A stretch of DNA of 64,000 nucleotides from the human T2T-CHM13v2.0 reference genome, Homo sapiens. Within the stretch, counting starts at the first letter, position 1. Each line of letters begins with the position of its first letter. The stretch is from the NCBI RefSeq assembly GCF_009914755.1, contig NC_060935.1, one strand, 5' to 3'. The notes below the pieces were generated by a model that saw nothing but the letters and a program-made list of their open reading frames with translations, was not told where the DNA came from and searched no databases. Positions 1 to 15,139 of the stretch are shown piece by piece. A program made the translations under genes and the position numbers.

Positions 1-210
1 GAGTTCATGCCATTCTCCTGCCTCAGCCTCCCGAGTAGCTGGGACTACAGGCGCCCGCCACCACGCCAGGCTAATTTTGTTTTTCTATTTTTAGTAGAGA
101 TGGGGTTTCACTGTGTTAGCCAGGATGGTCTCAATCTCCTGACCTCGTGATCCGCCCGCCTCGGCCTCCCGAAGTGCTGGGATTACAGGCGTGAGCCACC
201 GCGCCCTGCC
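1..210 (-). mobile_element. AluY-like SINE, cut by the window start
   Basis: Reverse-complement Alu with AluY-type gttagccaggatggtc and gacctcgtgatccg; many CpGs retained. Confidence 0.93.
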
Positions 211-999
211 AAAGGCAACATTTTTTCGTGTCATGATGGCTTCAGAATTTCTTTTCCTTTAGCTTGTTGCTGGAGTGGCAACGGCAACAAGAGAACAGAC
301 ATTTTATGATGGAAGGAGTATGCTTACAAATAGGCCAAATATTTTCATTTGTTTTATTTCTTTATCTTTCCTCAAGACAAGAGAGAAAAAATTCAATCCT
401 TAGTCTGCCAATAGACCAATAATTCCTAAGATATTGTTTACAATAAAAGTAATATGTCCTTTAAAACTAATGTTTTCTAGAATTTCAGTGGCAAACTAAG
501 TGCGCAGTTCCTTCCTCTACTGCTAGGTGGCGATTAATGCCTTATTTAGAAAAAACAATTCTTCCTCCCTGACCCCACCACCCTCGCCCAGAAAAATACG
601 TGCATTTTCTCTTCTTTAAGGTAAGACTTCCCTTAAGGATAATATTCTTTTATTCCTGTTTTGTCCAAGTGAATTTACATTCACCTTTTCCTTTAATTGT
701 TAAGAATAACACATACAAATCAAACGCATACTGCAATAACTAAGGAAGAATAGATCATATCTTTTAAAGAGGGTGGTTTCCAAACTGAGTGTATGTTCAT
801 GAATGATACAGAGTAGGAAGTTGCTATAACTTCCCTGCAGGGTTTTTTTTTTTTTTCAGTTTCACTAAAGAAAAATTTCCTGGCCCATGCTAACATCATG
901 CCTAATGTGATTAATTATAAATATAACATTATTAAATATAAAATAAAAATAGAGAAGGAAAATTATTTTAAAGACCTAAAGGCAATTTTAATGTGGTAA

Positions 1000-1317
<318 letters not shown>

Positions 1318-2859
1318 TAATGTGAACTATGGGAAAAACAACGAAATAATTATTCATAAAAGTAACTGAGGGGGTATAATATAAAAAAATTTTTTTTCAG
1401 GCAATCTTTCAATATTTATTCCTAGCAAAATTACTTAAAAACTACACATAGTTCCTATGTATTTATAAGTCTAGTGAATCTGGTCTACATTTTTTTCTAA
1501 GTATGTTTAATTGTGTGTACATTGCTGTCTCCAACCTTCTTTGCCAAAAAGAATACGTGTAGTGGATGTTTGTTTTATATAAAATTCAAATATTGAATCC
1601 CTGTTTAAAGAAGACTCTCGGTTTGGGTCTTAAACTAAAGACTTTTCCCAGGCTGGACTCGATGAAGTCTAAAATCAAAAAGAAAAGCTGCTTCTGGCAT
1701 TCTAGGCCTTCCCTGCATCCAGATGGCCTGTCTGTAGCCTAGCCAGAACCAAACCCTTCCTGCTGCCTTTTCAGCTGGTCTTGGATGACAGCCCCATGCT
1801 ACGCCAGCTTCCATATCCCTTAACTCTTGAATGTCCAAGATTTTTAAGAAGAAGTGGGACTTCCCATGTGAATTTGGTTGAAAGGGTAAATCAAGTTTTA
1901 TACTTGAAGTTTAGTTTATAAAATATTTATTCACATCACTACCACCAACCCCTTCACAGGCTTCCTCCCACAGTAGCTCAGTCAGCCAAGTGGCATCAGA
2001 GGGAGCACCGTTTGGAAGGGAGTGTGTGTGGGCAGCTTGCAGGTGAGGACAGGGCTGCCAAGGCAGACCATGCGGTCTGTCCTGTGCCTACACCCAGTAC
2101 CTGACTTCTGCCTTTCCAGAGCATTTGTATACACACAGCAGTTCTGTTGTTTGGGGTGTGCGTAATTTCAAAAAGTACTTTTTAAAATAACTCATTGACA
2201 AGACTTACATTTAGCAAACAAGAATATGTAATGGCAGATATAAAATGACCATGCATGGATTTAAGTGGGAACTTCTCTGAAGTCGTTGGGACAGAAAAAC
2301 AAATCTACTCCATGTTTTAAAAGTACCTTTGGAAATCTTACTAGTGGCAGCCATTGTTTTCTTATGGGTTCTCAAAGGCTTATTTGTCTGTGGGAATTTC
2401 AACAGAAGGTAATACACAGGCAAACTACACTTGAAGGCAACATTTCTCTCTGGCTTTCCTTTTCTACACAGAGAGATATTCTAACTGATTTGCAAGGGTG
2501 CTTCTCAGTTGGCCGGAATGAGATATTTTCAGATGAAAGCCTATGACTCTGTGTCACTTTCCCCCTTATTTTTGAATCTCATGTCTTAGTTCTGCAGTCA
2601 CTGTTATTTTTAATTATTATTATTATGCCTGTTGCCAAGCTATTCCACTTTACACAGAGTTGATTAGAGACCTGACAAATCCAGGCCAACATAAAGTCCT
2701 GGCTTCCAGATCAGACTACGTGAACAAAGAAAAAAAAGAAATCTACCAAAGTGCCAGCTTTTAGAAAGCTCTTAAAGGAAAAAAAGGAAGAAAAAAATAA
2801 TTTTAAAAACCAAAACAAACTAGAGTTATAAAGAGTGGAGCTTAAGAACAGGACCCACG

Positions 2860-3221
<362 letters not shown>

Positions 3222-4189
3222 CTAAGATAAAAAGGAAACATATAAATGAGAGAATAAAAATAGACCTGATATCACTATAGATTTGCAGCATTTAGCCTGT
3301 AGTGCTGCGTGACTACTCTAAGCAGCAGGAACCTCTCTCCACCACTAACATAAAAGGGGCACTCTGGCACAGGGTTTCCATTTGTGGCTTCAGAACTGAA
3401 ATGTTTCCCTTGACCCTCTCTACCCACCCAGCTCTGTTCAGATCTTCACTCCCTTGTTTTCAGCTTCCCTACTTGCTCTCTGCATTTGCCTGGCCCACAA
3501 ATGCACAAAGTTGCCTTCTGTGGGTGACCTTGTCTTTTTGCAACTAAGATGATGAAAACTGGAACTCTCCATCCAGCTACGTTGTCTCAGGCCACCCTGG
3601 GTGACACTCCTCCCAGTTGGATCCAGTCCTCAGGATTTTTCCCTCTGAAAAACACAGTGAACTAGACAGGCTTTTAGGAAACATTACGTCCTCAGGAGAG
3701 ATACGATATTGCTTATGGTTCAGCGCACACTTCCAGAAAATAAACTGAGATCGCCTAAATGCAGAAAGATCAAAAAAGCCCTTCATTTCTGGAGGTAAAT
3801 GTCTGTTTTTCAGTTCTACACATACTACCTTACTAAAAGCTGATACCTGATGGATTGCAATTGGGTTTTCACACAACAATAAAATACTACTCCTATCAGA
3901 AAGGAAATGTGAAAAAAAATTGTGAACGTAAAAAAGGAACATGTGGAGTTAAACATCAACTTTTCCTCTTAGAAAATCTGCAGAAAAGCCCAGTTAAAGA
4001 AGAAGATTGTTTTAGAATAAGTCATCTAATGCTGGCTTACTGTTCTTTTTAAAAAAGGTACACTTTTTGTGAAAAGAATTTTACTTCCCCTGTCATTTTG
4101 GGATGGGGGACAAAAACTTGGGAGTATCACTCCCATGTTCTAGTGTAAAAGAAAAAAAAGTTCCTGGTATGAAAAATGTTATAAAGTTA

Positions 4190-4395
4190 ACACTTGGACA
4201 CAGGAAGGGGAACATCACACACCAGGGCCTGTTGTGGGGTGGGGGGAGGAGGGAGGGATAGCATTCGGAGATATATCTAATGTAAATGACGAGTTAATGG
4301 GTGCAGTACACCAACATAGCACATGTATACATATGTAACAAACCTGCACGTTGTGAACATGTACCCTAGAACTTAAAGCATAATTTTTAAAAAAA
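4190..4395 (+). mobile_element. 5'-truncated L1PA 3'UTR fragment
   Basis: L1 3'UTR G-rich tract and tail; TSD gaaaaatgtt(a/c)taaagtta at about 4171-4189 and 4396-4414. Confidence 0.9.
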
Positions 4396-6131
4396 GAAAA
4401 ATGTTCTAAAGTTATATATAACAATAGTTTTCTCCCCTAATTAAAATGTTGTATTTTTCTACTTTTCCACATTAACATGAGAATATATAAAAGGCATCCT
4501 TGCATAAAACCCTTTGACCAGATTTCACAACTCTAGTCCTATGCTAATAAGAAGTCTTTATTTAGTTTCAGTCTTTCCAAATAAGCCTGTATGCTTCTGA
4601 CGCAGCAAACACCAGTTTGGTCCTCTCTGTCCTCTGTCCCTTGACCCCCAGGCTCAGTCTATTCACCTAAGGTAAAACTAGACCCTATTTGTACAGAACA
4701 TATTCGTCTTTGTGCAGGCGCACACAGAACTGGGGGAGCTCTGCTCTGGCCCAGGAAAGAGATAGAGATTGGCTGCCATCCAGTTGAGTTGGCTCAAGAG
4801 AAGTTCAGCTTTCTTGTCCTCTCACAGACAGTCCCTTCCGTGCTGACCTTTAACTAATTGGCAGGGCTCTGGAGCCTTGACTCTGCTTCCCCACTGCCCA
4901 CACTCTTTTCCCCCACATTCTTGATACCTTTTGGAAGGCAGAAAAGCTGGAGAAAGAGGCACTAGGGAGAGAAAAGTGCAAGTCTGAGCCTCTTAGGAGT
5001 TCCCCTCCTTCTTGATAAGGGAGTAGGACTGTTAATTTCAAAGGATACCAACACATGGCATGGAAAATTTGCAAACACATGGAGAATTTAGCATGGTCTA
5101 TGCATCAGGGCGGATAGTTTATAAACCTTGGAAGAATATGCTAGCCTTTCTGCAGATATCCTATAGTCTTTTTGAAAGTCCATATTTAATGGAGCTTTTG
5201 CAAATATATTGCCGCTTTTTTATAATGAGCATTATCAGTATTTCCACTGTGTAAGATTAGATTCCAGGCAAAATTATAACGCATACAATGATCAAATAGT
5301 TTATAGCTACAGCTATTGTATATAGCTTTAGCTATTACAGCTAATAGCTAAAGCTTTTTAAAATGCAAACTATAATTACTTAATTTTGAAAAAGACCCAA
5401 CAATTCTATATTAAAAATTCTCTATACCATGGTTAAAACTTTTAAAAAAGTAAATATTACAGAATAAAAATTATAAAATTGTGGAAGTACCTTTACAATT
5501 GTAAAAGCAAAGATTTGATTGTATTTTCCTGATTTTTGTTCCCCTTTCATGATGTTAATGATGATGGCTCAGTTACATGCTTGGCATCCTTCCTCCTGCT
5601 AATTTTGTACAAACAATCTTCTCCCTCATTTGGGGGCATCTGTAACCCATTCATCTAAACCACTCTATTTACCTTTCAAAGGCTGGCATTCAGCTGTAAG
5701 CAGGGAAAAAAAAACCCAACAACTTTCCAGTTTGTTGGCAACTTGTTGAAGGCAATTGACTGCTTTTCAATAGAAAATGTTTCCTTCCCCTATTGTGTCA
5801 CCTCTACCCCCTAAAACATTTCACAAAGCTCTGGCTGAGCCCTCCCATGATTGCCAGACAATGGCTTCCTTTGGAAGAAAAATAACAGAAGCAGCTGGTG
5901 TCATAAACCTGAGGTGTTTTATTAAAGAGTCATTGCCCTCCACCTACAATGTCTGCACAATAAATGGCACCACAGGGCTGGAAGGGACTTCCCAATTCAA
6001 TCCTACCTATTAAATTTTACAGGGCAGGAACCTGAGTTCCAGAGAAGTAAGGATATATAGTTCCAATTCTAGAGCAAGAGTTCTTCACTTTTTCTGTGCC
6101 AGAAACCATCTTTGCAGGTTGGCGAAGCTAA

Positions 6132-6430
<299 letters not shown>

Positions 6431-6510
6431 TAAGGTTTTTAAGAGCATAAAATAAAGTACATGAGGCTGGACCTTTCCTTGCACCAAATTTCAAAAATTA
6501 ACTCAAAATG

Positions 6511-6636
6511 GAGCCAGGTGCAGTGGTATGTGCCTGTAGTTCCAGCTACTCTGGAGGCTGAAGGGAGAAGATCCTTTGAGCCCAGGAGTTCAAATCCAGT
6601 CTGGACTACATAGCAAGACACAGTTTCTTAAGAAAA
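6511..6636 (+). mobile_element. FLAM-type Alu monomer
   Basis: Single Alu arm of about 125 bp with a short A tail. Confidence 0.8.
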
Positions 6637-6975
6637 CAGGAGTAAATCTTAAGACTGTGGATTTGGCAGTGGCTTCTTTTGTCTTTTGAAAGATAGCTTT
6701 ATTGAAATATAACTCATATAACCATAAAATTCATTCATGTAAAGCATACATGATTCGGTGGTTTTAGTATATTTACAGAATTGTGCAACTATCACCATGA
6801 TCTAATTTTAAAACTTGATTTGGTTTCTTTTTTTTTTTTAAACAATAAGGAGGATTTATTGGCTTGTGTACAGAGAAAGTCAAATAATATAATAACACCA
6901 AGGTCTGCATTTTTCTCTGTCCTTCTGCCATTTTGGCTTTTATAAAAAACAGCTTTATTGAAATTAATTTACATA

Positions 6976-7180
6976 CAGTAAGTCCTCACTTAAAGTCCTT
7001 ACCAGGTATTTGGAAACTGCAACTTTAAGTGAAACAATGTACATCAGGTCCTTGAATAAGACTGTTTAGTTCAACTTCATTTTATTATAATGATGAGAAA
7101 AAAATATTGGTTCTGTTATATGTCCTTTTGCTTAAAGTCATAGTTTCCAAGAACCTACTGACAACATTGAGGACTTATTG
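6976..7180. mobile_element. MER6B-like TcMar-Tigger MITE
   Basis: Terminal inverted repeats cagtaagtcctca / tgaggacttattg, TA on both sides, and internal inverted arms (gaaactgcaactttaag / cttaaagtcatagtttc). Confidence 0.8.
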
Positions 7181-7341
7181 TACTATACAGTTCACTCATT
7201 TAAAGTGTTCTTATGCCAAAAGTTTTCGGCATATTCACAGAGTTGTACAACCCTCACATAGGCAGTAACTTCTTAAATATGACATCAAAAGCTCAAGCAA
7301 CAAAAGAAAATATAATAACTTGTACTACCTCAAAATAAAAC

Positions 7342-7629
7342 TTTTTCTTTTTTGAGACACGATCTTGCTCTGTCATCCAAGCTGGAGTGCAGTGGCACAA
7401 TCACTGCCTCGACCTCCTGGGCTCAAGCGATCCTCCCAACTCAGTCTCCTGAGTAGCTGGGACCACAGGCGCACAACACCAAGCCCGGCTAATTTTCGTA
7501 TTTTTTGCGGAGACAAGGTTTTGCCATGTTTGCTGCCCAGGCTGGTCACAAACCCCTGAGCTCAAGCAACCCGCCCGCCTTGGCCTCTCAAAGTGCTGGG
7601 ATTACAGGCGTGAGCTACCGTGCCCGGCC
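7342..7629 (-). mobile_element. AluJ-like SINE
   Basis: Reverse Alu with J-type gggctcaagcgatcctccc. Confidence 0.9.
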
Positions 7630-8584
7630 GGTAAATTAATAACTTTTGTGTTGCAAATAATATCATCAGGAAAGTGGAAAGGCAGCCCACAGAATGGAAA
7701 AAAAAATTGCAAATCATACATCTGTTAAGGAATTATATCCAGAATATATTAAGAACTCTCACAGTTCAATAATAAAAAGACAACCCAATTAAAGAATGGG
7801 CTAAGGTTTTATTTATTAAATAGATATTTCTCTAAAAGGAGATATACAAATGGCCAATAAGCCCATAGAAGATGTTCAACATCATTAATCATTAGGGAAA
7901 TATAAACCAAAACTACAATGAAATACCACTTTATACTTACTAAGATGGCTACAATAAAAAAGATACGTAATCACAGGGGTTGGAGAGGATATTGAGAAAT
8001 TGAAACCCTCAAACCACTGCCAGTAGTAACATAAAATGGTGTAATCACTTAGGAAAACAGTCACGCAGTTCTTCAAAAGTTTGAATGTAGAGTTACCATA
8101 TGACTCAGCAATTCTATTTCTAGGTAATAACCCAAGAGAATTGAAAACATATATCCACCCAAAAACTTGTACATGAATGTTCATAGCAGCATTATTCATA
8201 ATAGCTAAGAAGGGGAAACAACCTAAACGTGCATCAACATTGATAAACAAAATATGGTAAATCCAAACAATGGAATATTATTTGGCATTAAAAAGAACTG
8301 AAGTCCTGAAGTCCAGAAGATGGAGTGGAGTAGAGAGTAACAGCTAATGGGTTTCTTTCTGTGGTGATAAAAAATGCTGTAAACTTAGATTATAGTGAAG
8401 ATTGCATAATTCTGTGATTAGAGCCAGTGGATTGTATACTTTAAGTGGAGAATTTTATGACTTGTATCTCAATAAAGATGTTTTAAAAAATAAAACACAT
8501 AAGAATCCAAAGCAAACCAATTCTATTGAAATGCAGTTATCAAAATATTAAAAACAAATTTGGGATATAGTGATACATGTGATT

Positions 8585-8950
8585 GTTTAATTATTTTATT
8601 TTTAAAATTTAATTTAATTTAAGTACCAGGATACACGTGCAGGACGTGCAAGTTTGTTACATAGGTAAATGTGTGCCATGGTGGTTGGCTGCACCTATCA
8701 ACCCATCACCTAGGTACTAAGCCTTGCTTGCATTAGCTATTTATCCTGATGCTCTCCCTTCCTTTCCCCTCGTACAGGCCCCAGCATGTGTTGTTCCCCT
8801 TCCTGTGTCCATGTGTTCTCATTGTTCAGTTCCCACTTAGAAGTGAGAACATGCGGTGTTTGGTTTTCTTTTCCTGTGTTAGTTTGCTGAGGATAATGGC
8901 TTCCAGCTCCATCTATGTCCCTGCAAAGGACATGATGTTGTTCCTTTTTT
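8585..8950 (-). mobile_element. L1PA (older, about PA8-PA10) 3'UTR fragment
   Basis: Reverse L1 3' end (tttgttacataggtaaatgtgtgccatgg ... ccctgcaaaggacatgat). Confidence 0.85.
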
Positions 8951-9700
8951 AATTAACACATTAAATTATAAGGTATAGCAGTAGATCTATTAACTACCAT
9001 AATTTTGAAGTGTAATTAGTATATGTGATGTTTTAGATATCTGCAACAAATGTGAAAGCAATAAAAAAAAGTCTGTGATTTCCACTGGTGAAAGTCATAA
9101 GGACTGCTAATACTTTATGATTTCTTGTCTACATTAATAATTGAAGAACCATGTGCCAATCTAAGCCTACACATAGGAAGAGGTGAAAGATAGGGCAGAG
9201 ATTGGGGGAGATCCTGAAGGAAATGCTAAATTTAAATTAGAGGTCAGTGAAAATAATGTAATTTTACTTTCCTTCCAAGTTCATGCACACCCTGAATTCT
9301 GTCTCTAGACTCCTTTGGGGGGGTCCATCAAGCTCAAGTTAAAAACCTTTGTAAAGAGAGTTAGTGAATGAGCTGGTTTAAAATTCAGGCCTCCTGTCTC
9401 TAAGTCTCTTGTTACCTAATTCTACCTTTCTCTCTCTCTCTCTCTCTTTTTTTTTTTTTTAGTAAAGGGGATTAGGTGGAAGAGATAGAGTTTTTATTTA
9501 AACCGCTAGACTGAGTCAGTTCTAAAAAGAGAGGGGCAAGAGGGTTGCTTATGTAGGAGTTTCCAAAGAAAAGAGGATTTTGATTGTGACCCTCCCCTTT
9601 TTTCTCCACCCTGCCCCCCAACAACACCAGCACCCATACAACCATATACAGCAAATGATGTTAGAATGCTTTTCCCTTTCAGCAGAAGACATTACTTTAG

Positions 9701-10032
<332 letters not shown>

Positions 10033-11313
10033 AGGAAATGGGGATTTTAAAGTTTTTTCAGAGGGACTACTTTCTAGAATTTGCTTTTGAATGCCTGGAG
10101 AAGCAGAAAAGCTGCCAGCAGAGATTGAGTCAGTTGGATATAGAGTGGGAGTAACCTAGCTCAAACCACTCATTTTGGATTTTGCAAAAATTTAGTCACT
10201 CTTCAATTTAGAGGGGTGCTTACCAGAACATGCCTTATGATAAAGCTTTAAATAGACAGGTGCTAATATACACATGGTGACTAAGAGATGGAATGAAGGA
10301 AAACAGTGGCTCAAGTTGTTAGTTTCCATCATAATGAAATGACAACAAATATCAGATGATTACAATATGCATACACAAATACAGTAAAATAATATTTAAA
10401 AATAAGAATGGAATGTGTGGATGTGTGGCAGAAATCTGCCATTAATTTGAAAACTGGGGCAAGGAGATTTCTGGGTCCTCCTCTGAACTTTGCCTTCTTT
10501 CCAAATCACCTCTATCATGTAATATGGTGCAGCTTGTTAGAGTAGTAGGGCCTGGGCACTGGTTTAGAATTGGTCATCACTTCAGTACTGGAAATTAGAA
10601 GGTTAGAGAAATCTTTTTAAATGACTGTATTTTGTGAATTTAAAAATTCAGGGAATTTTGTATTTCTTTTCGTCATTAACAATTTTCTGGGCAGTATACT
10701 TTGCATGCCAAAACATTAGAGTCAAAAGGACAAAATATTTAAAGTTGACTCTCTCTGGAAAATCCAGGTTAAATGGTCATTATAGTTATAGATTTCAGGG
10801 AAAGTATCACAGATGAAGGGAACTGGGAGTGCAGTAAAAAATGGATAGGAACTGGGGAGGGTCCAGAGCAAAATCATCATTCAGGATTCCAAGCCAAAGC
10901 AAGGTCATGGGGTCAAGGTCCAGAGATTTGGACACACACTCTGAACAGGGATCATCAGTCAGAAACCAATAGACAAGAGACAACCAGAGGAGCTCAGAGG
11001 CTCTGTGGGGGACCAGGATAGGTAGCCAAACATCCAGGGCCATACTCCTTAACTGGAGCTCTCCAGGGATCGATGGAGGGAGGCAAAACAGGCAAGAGAG
11101 CAGACACGATGCTTGCTTAAAAACAGCTCCTGCCTCAGGTCTAAAGATTTACTGTGATTCTGATTGGAACAGAACTTAATCCCTACTTGGCTAACTTGAA
11201 CCTGCAAATGGGAGGAGGAGGGAGATGGAGCAGAGGTCCCAGAGTAGAGGAGGAGATGGAGATGAGCATCAGCTGCTTCTGGTGGGCAAGATCCTGAGAG
11301 ATCACTATATACA

Positions 11314-11341
11314 ACACACACACACACACACACACCACACA
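11314..11341. repeat. (CA)n microsatellite
   Basis: Direct reading. Confidence 0.9.
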
Positions 11342-11675
11342 GAGTTGTATATACAGATAATAATAATGATAGCAAAAATAATAGCTGATGTTTATATAGC
11401 TCTTATGTGTTACTGTTGTTAGCACTTTATAGATATTAATTTAATATTTATAACATACCTACTAAGTGCTACTTTTTTTCTATTTATTTATTTTTTAACT
11501 GGGACAGGACTATTGCAGTAAGTGGTACTATTATTATGTTCTATTATTATGTACTATTATTATGTTCACAAAAATGTTAAGTGATTTGCCCAAGCTCATA
11601 TGACTGGTAGGTGGTAGAGGTGGATTTCAAGGTAGACACTGGCTTCAGTCTCTGTCACTACTTCAGACTTCTTGG

Positions 11676-11812
11676 TATATGTATGTGGTGTATACACACC
11701 TGTACACACAGGTGTGTGTGTGTGTGCATGTATACACATACTTTTACATACATATGTATGTATATATACACATGTATAGATACAGTAGTGTCTATATGTA
11801 TAGATACTGGTG
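11676..11812. repeat. (TG)/(TA)/(CA) purine-pyrimidine low-complexity tract
   Basis: Direct reading. Confidence 0.8.
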
Positions 11813-12715
11813 TACAAGTATCAAGTGTGCATATCTCTTCCCAACTCCATATTCAGGGACATCATATTGGCAGCTTGAAACTGGCCATAGTGGAAATATT
11901 TACAGTATGGAAATGAGCAAAGGCAATAGATCAGGATTTAATTTTTTTAAGAGTTGATTTATCAGCACCCCACTGGATATACATATCACACAGACACATA
12001 CATCATGTGGATAGACATATGTAACATAGGTAACCAAGAACATAAATAAATTAATTCGCATCTTAAGCCACAAATTAAAAATATATTGTCTTTTCTTGAC
12101 TGTGTAATAAATATTTTATTTTGACCTACTTTCCCTCACACCCAGTCTATACTGATTAAAAGATCCAATAAAGAGATTTCCTTATAAGATACTTGTTATA
12201 AATGTTAAACTAAATTTCAGTATAGAAAATAATGCCTTGCTACTGCTCTGTAGACAACACCTTATGACAGGTCTCTATCAGTCTGAAATCTGCTATGTTG
12301 TTTTATGAAAAATACTGATTTTTTTAAAAAGCCCTGATGGTTGCTATTACTGTTTTTTTTTTCTTTTCAGGTAGACTCATGATAGAGTCAGTAGTGAAAA
12401 AGATACATTACAATATCTATTTATGGTTTTTGATGAAATGTGCTTATAGGTTGCTGTTAATTTTAAATAAAACTTATTGCCTGGGACCTGCATGACTTTT
12501 TTGTTTAACTTAATAAAATCTTCTGGATATGGATTAACCTCCTTTGCTCAATATTTGTTATTGTTTCATCTGCAGTGAAATGGGAACTGTACACATTTTG
12601 TAAGTAGGTTGAAAGGCTTCTAAATCTCACTCTACTCTCTTGGAGTGAGCCCCATTATATGCAATCTGATTTTGTGATTTCCTGAAATGGAAATCAAACC
12701 TAAAGAGACATTCTT

Positions 12716-13026
<311 letters not shown>

Positions 13027-15139
13027 TCACCTCATACAACGTGGCAATAGTAGGCAGCTCTCCCTGTGCCTACTGGATTCTCTTGGTCAAATGAGTGTCA
13101 CACAGTGTGCTCAAGGCCAGCACTCTGTCTGGGGCCATGAGAATGTGAACAGATTTTGCCCTGCTGCTCCAATGGCAAGAGGATGGGGTCAGTAGGTAAT
13201 ATGTTGGATGGGATCTTTGTTATCTCAGCAAAACGAAAGATGTTAACTCTTCTCAGCCTCATCTTCTCCTAATGTCTGGTATTCTGTATTTAACAAAACA
13301 TATCATGGGTAAAACAATCATCTGAACAAATTCTGGGCACAGTCATTATTTGTAATCATGCTGAGATGCAATGGAGACCATATGACTGCCCTCTGGGGTT
13401 ATGACTGCATCTCTTCATCTCAAAGGACAGAGCTGAACACAACTAGCTTATTATTATTATTTCAAGTTTACGTGAAAAAGCGTCCTTGTGCATGAGTTAG
13501 AGGCAAGCAAAGCTCAAAGTAAATATATTCATGTATTTCATAAACATTAATACGTTTCAAAAATACTGAAGGAAATCAAATCAAAATAAAACACAGCTTG
13601 ATAGAAATATTATGCTAAGTTTTATCCCCAACCCAGTTGAAGTGATCTTTAAAAAACTTCAGTTTATCATATACTGCCTTTGGAATCCTAAAATTGTAGT
13701 GGAATTACTTCAGAAGCCCTAACATGTTACAGCAAATCTATTTATCTTGATAGATAAAGTTATTACAAAATCACTCATAAAGCCAGTTGCCTGGTATTTT
13801 TTCTTGGCTTTACTGGACATAATCAATTGACAAAGTTTGGGAAGACCTTATTAGTAATGATGGGTACCGTGAAGGTGTCATTTTAAGAAAACTAGAGAAG
13901 AAAAAAAACATTGAAAAGAGAGGTAAGGCAAGCAAAAGGATTCTAGAGAATACCAGATAACTAATTAGAGTTTGAGGGTGGGGGATCAGTTGGAGTGTTA
14001 TTTTTGCTGACGTGAGTGATGAAACTTCTTAATTTTTTTACGGGAAAATAACCTTATAATTTATTATTATTAATTATATTTTCTTATTCTCCTGTAAGGA
14101 AGAAAATAGGATAATTCTTCATGTGTGTATATATACACATATATATGTGAGGAATTACCATCAAGATTGCATTTAAGCCTTTTGCAAATTTGGAGTATCA
14201 TACTTTCATTAGAACGTCCATTATTTCTATGCAAAGAGTGGGGAAATGTCATGGACTTGCTTGACCTAACTAGGTTATTGATATATCTAAAGTTTAGGTA
14301 TCTAAATATAGCACACAGCACAGTGCATGAACTCAACACTTAAAAATCTGACTTCAGTGACATTACTGTTGTGTCATTTGCATCTAGCAGATTTCACTAT
14401 TATCATACATGCCGCAATTAACTAGTCTTCAAATACTATAATGATGTAATTTTTGATGTATAATTATTTTTAAGTTTCTTAAGACAGTTTCTTTGCTTGG
14501 ATGCTTCTGGTGTTTTGAATCCTAGATTGAAGATCTAATATAATTTGTTTTATATATGCCATTATCAGGATGTGATGGGTACAGGAAGGCTAACCCAAAA
14601 GCAAAGAAATTATATGGCTTTCAGAGTTCAAATTTAGAGTCCCTACGTAATTTACTGGAACAGATCTATGCAAAATCATCCTGAAGAGACATGGATATTT
14701 GGTCAGCAGAATTGGCCTGTTATTTGATGGAAGGGGTGGTGAGCTGTTGAGGCATAGAAAAAAGACGGCCTCCAGGACAAATGTTGACAGTGTTCATCCA
14801 AGTGCTGTCAGGGGGAAGAGAGTCCCAGCCAGCCAAATGCCTCTGACGATTGCAGCTCCACAGACAAGGACATTTTCAAAGTAAACATGGATTTGGGAGA
14901 TCATAGCCAATGAACTTCCAGTGTTCCCAGCTCCCCTACCATGATGTGAATGTCCCTATTGTGGGATTAATACATCAGACTCTGATAACCTGATCCCTTT
15001 AAATGTTGAACTATTCTAAAGCCTCTGGCTCTGCTTCATGTTCACCAAGCAACAGTCTAAGGAGGATCATGAAAGTCTACTTTAAAGAGGGGACAGTGGG
15101 CTAGCCATATGGATGTAACCCATTGCTGTGACATTTATT

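Larger units (their letters stand above)
6463..8486 (+). mobile_element. Old L1M (L1MB-like) ORF2 end and 3'UTR, carrying nested inserts
   Basis: L1 ORF2 C-terminal motifs (aattaactcaaaatgg, gaatgttcatagcagcattattc) and terminal tatctcaataaag; TSD aaaataaa(gt/ac)acat at 6449-6462 and 8487-8500. Confidence 0.8.

Noticed and set aside
3577-3942. 121-aa minus-strand ORF
   Set aside because: No homology I recognise and no coding-like composition; within chance expectation.
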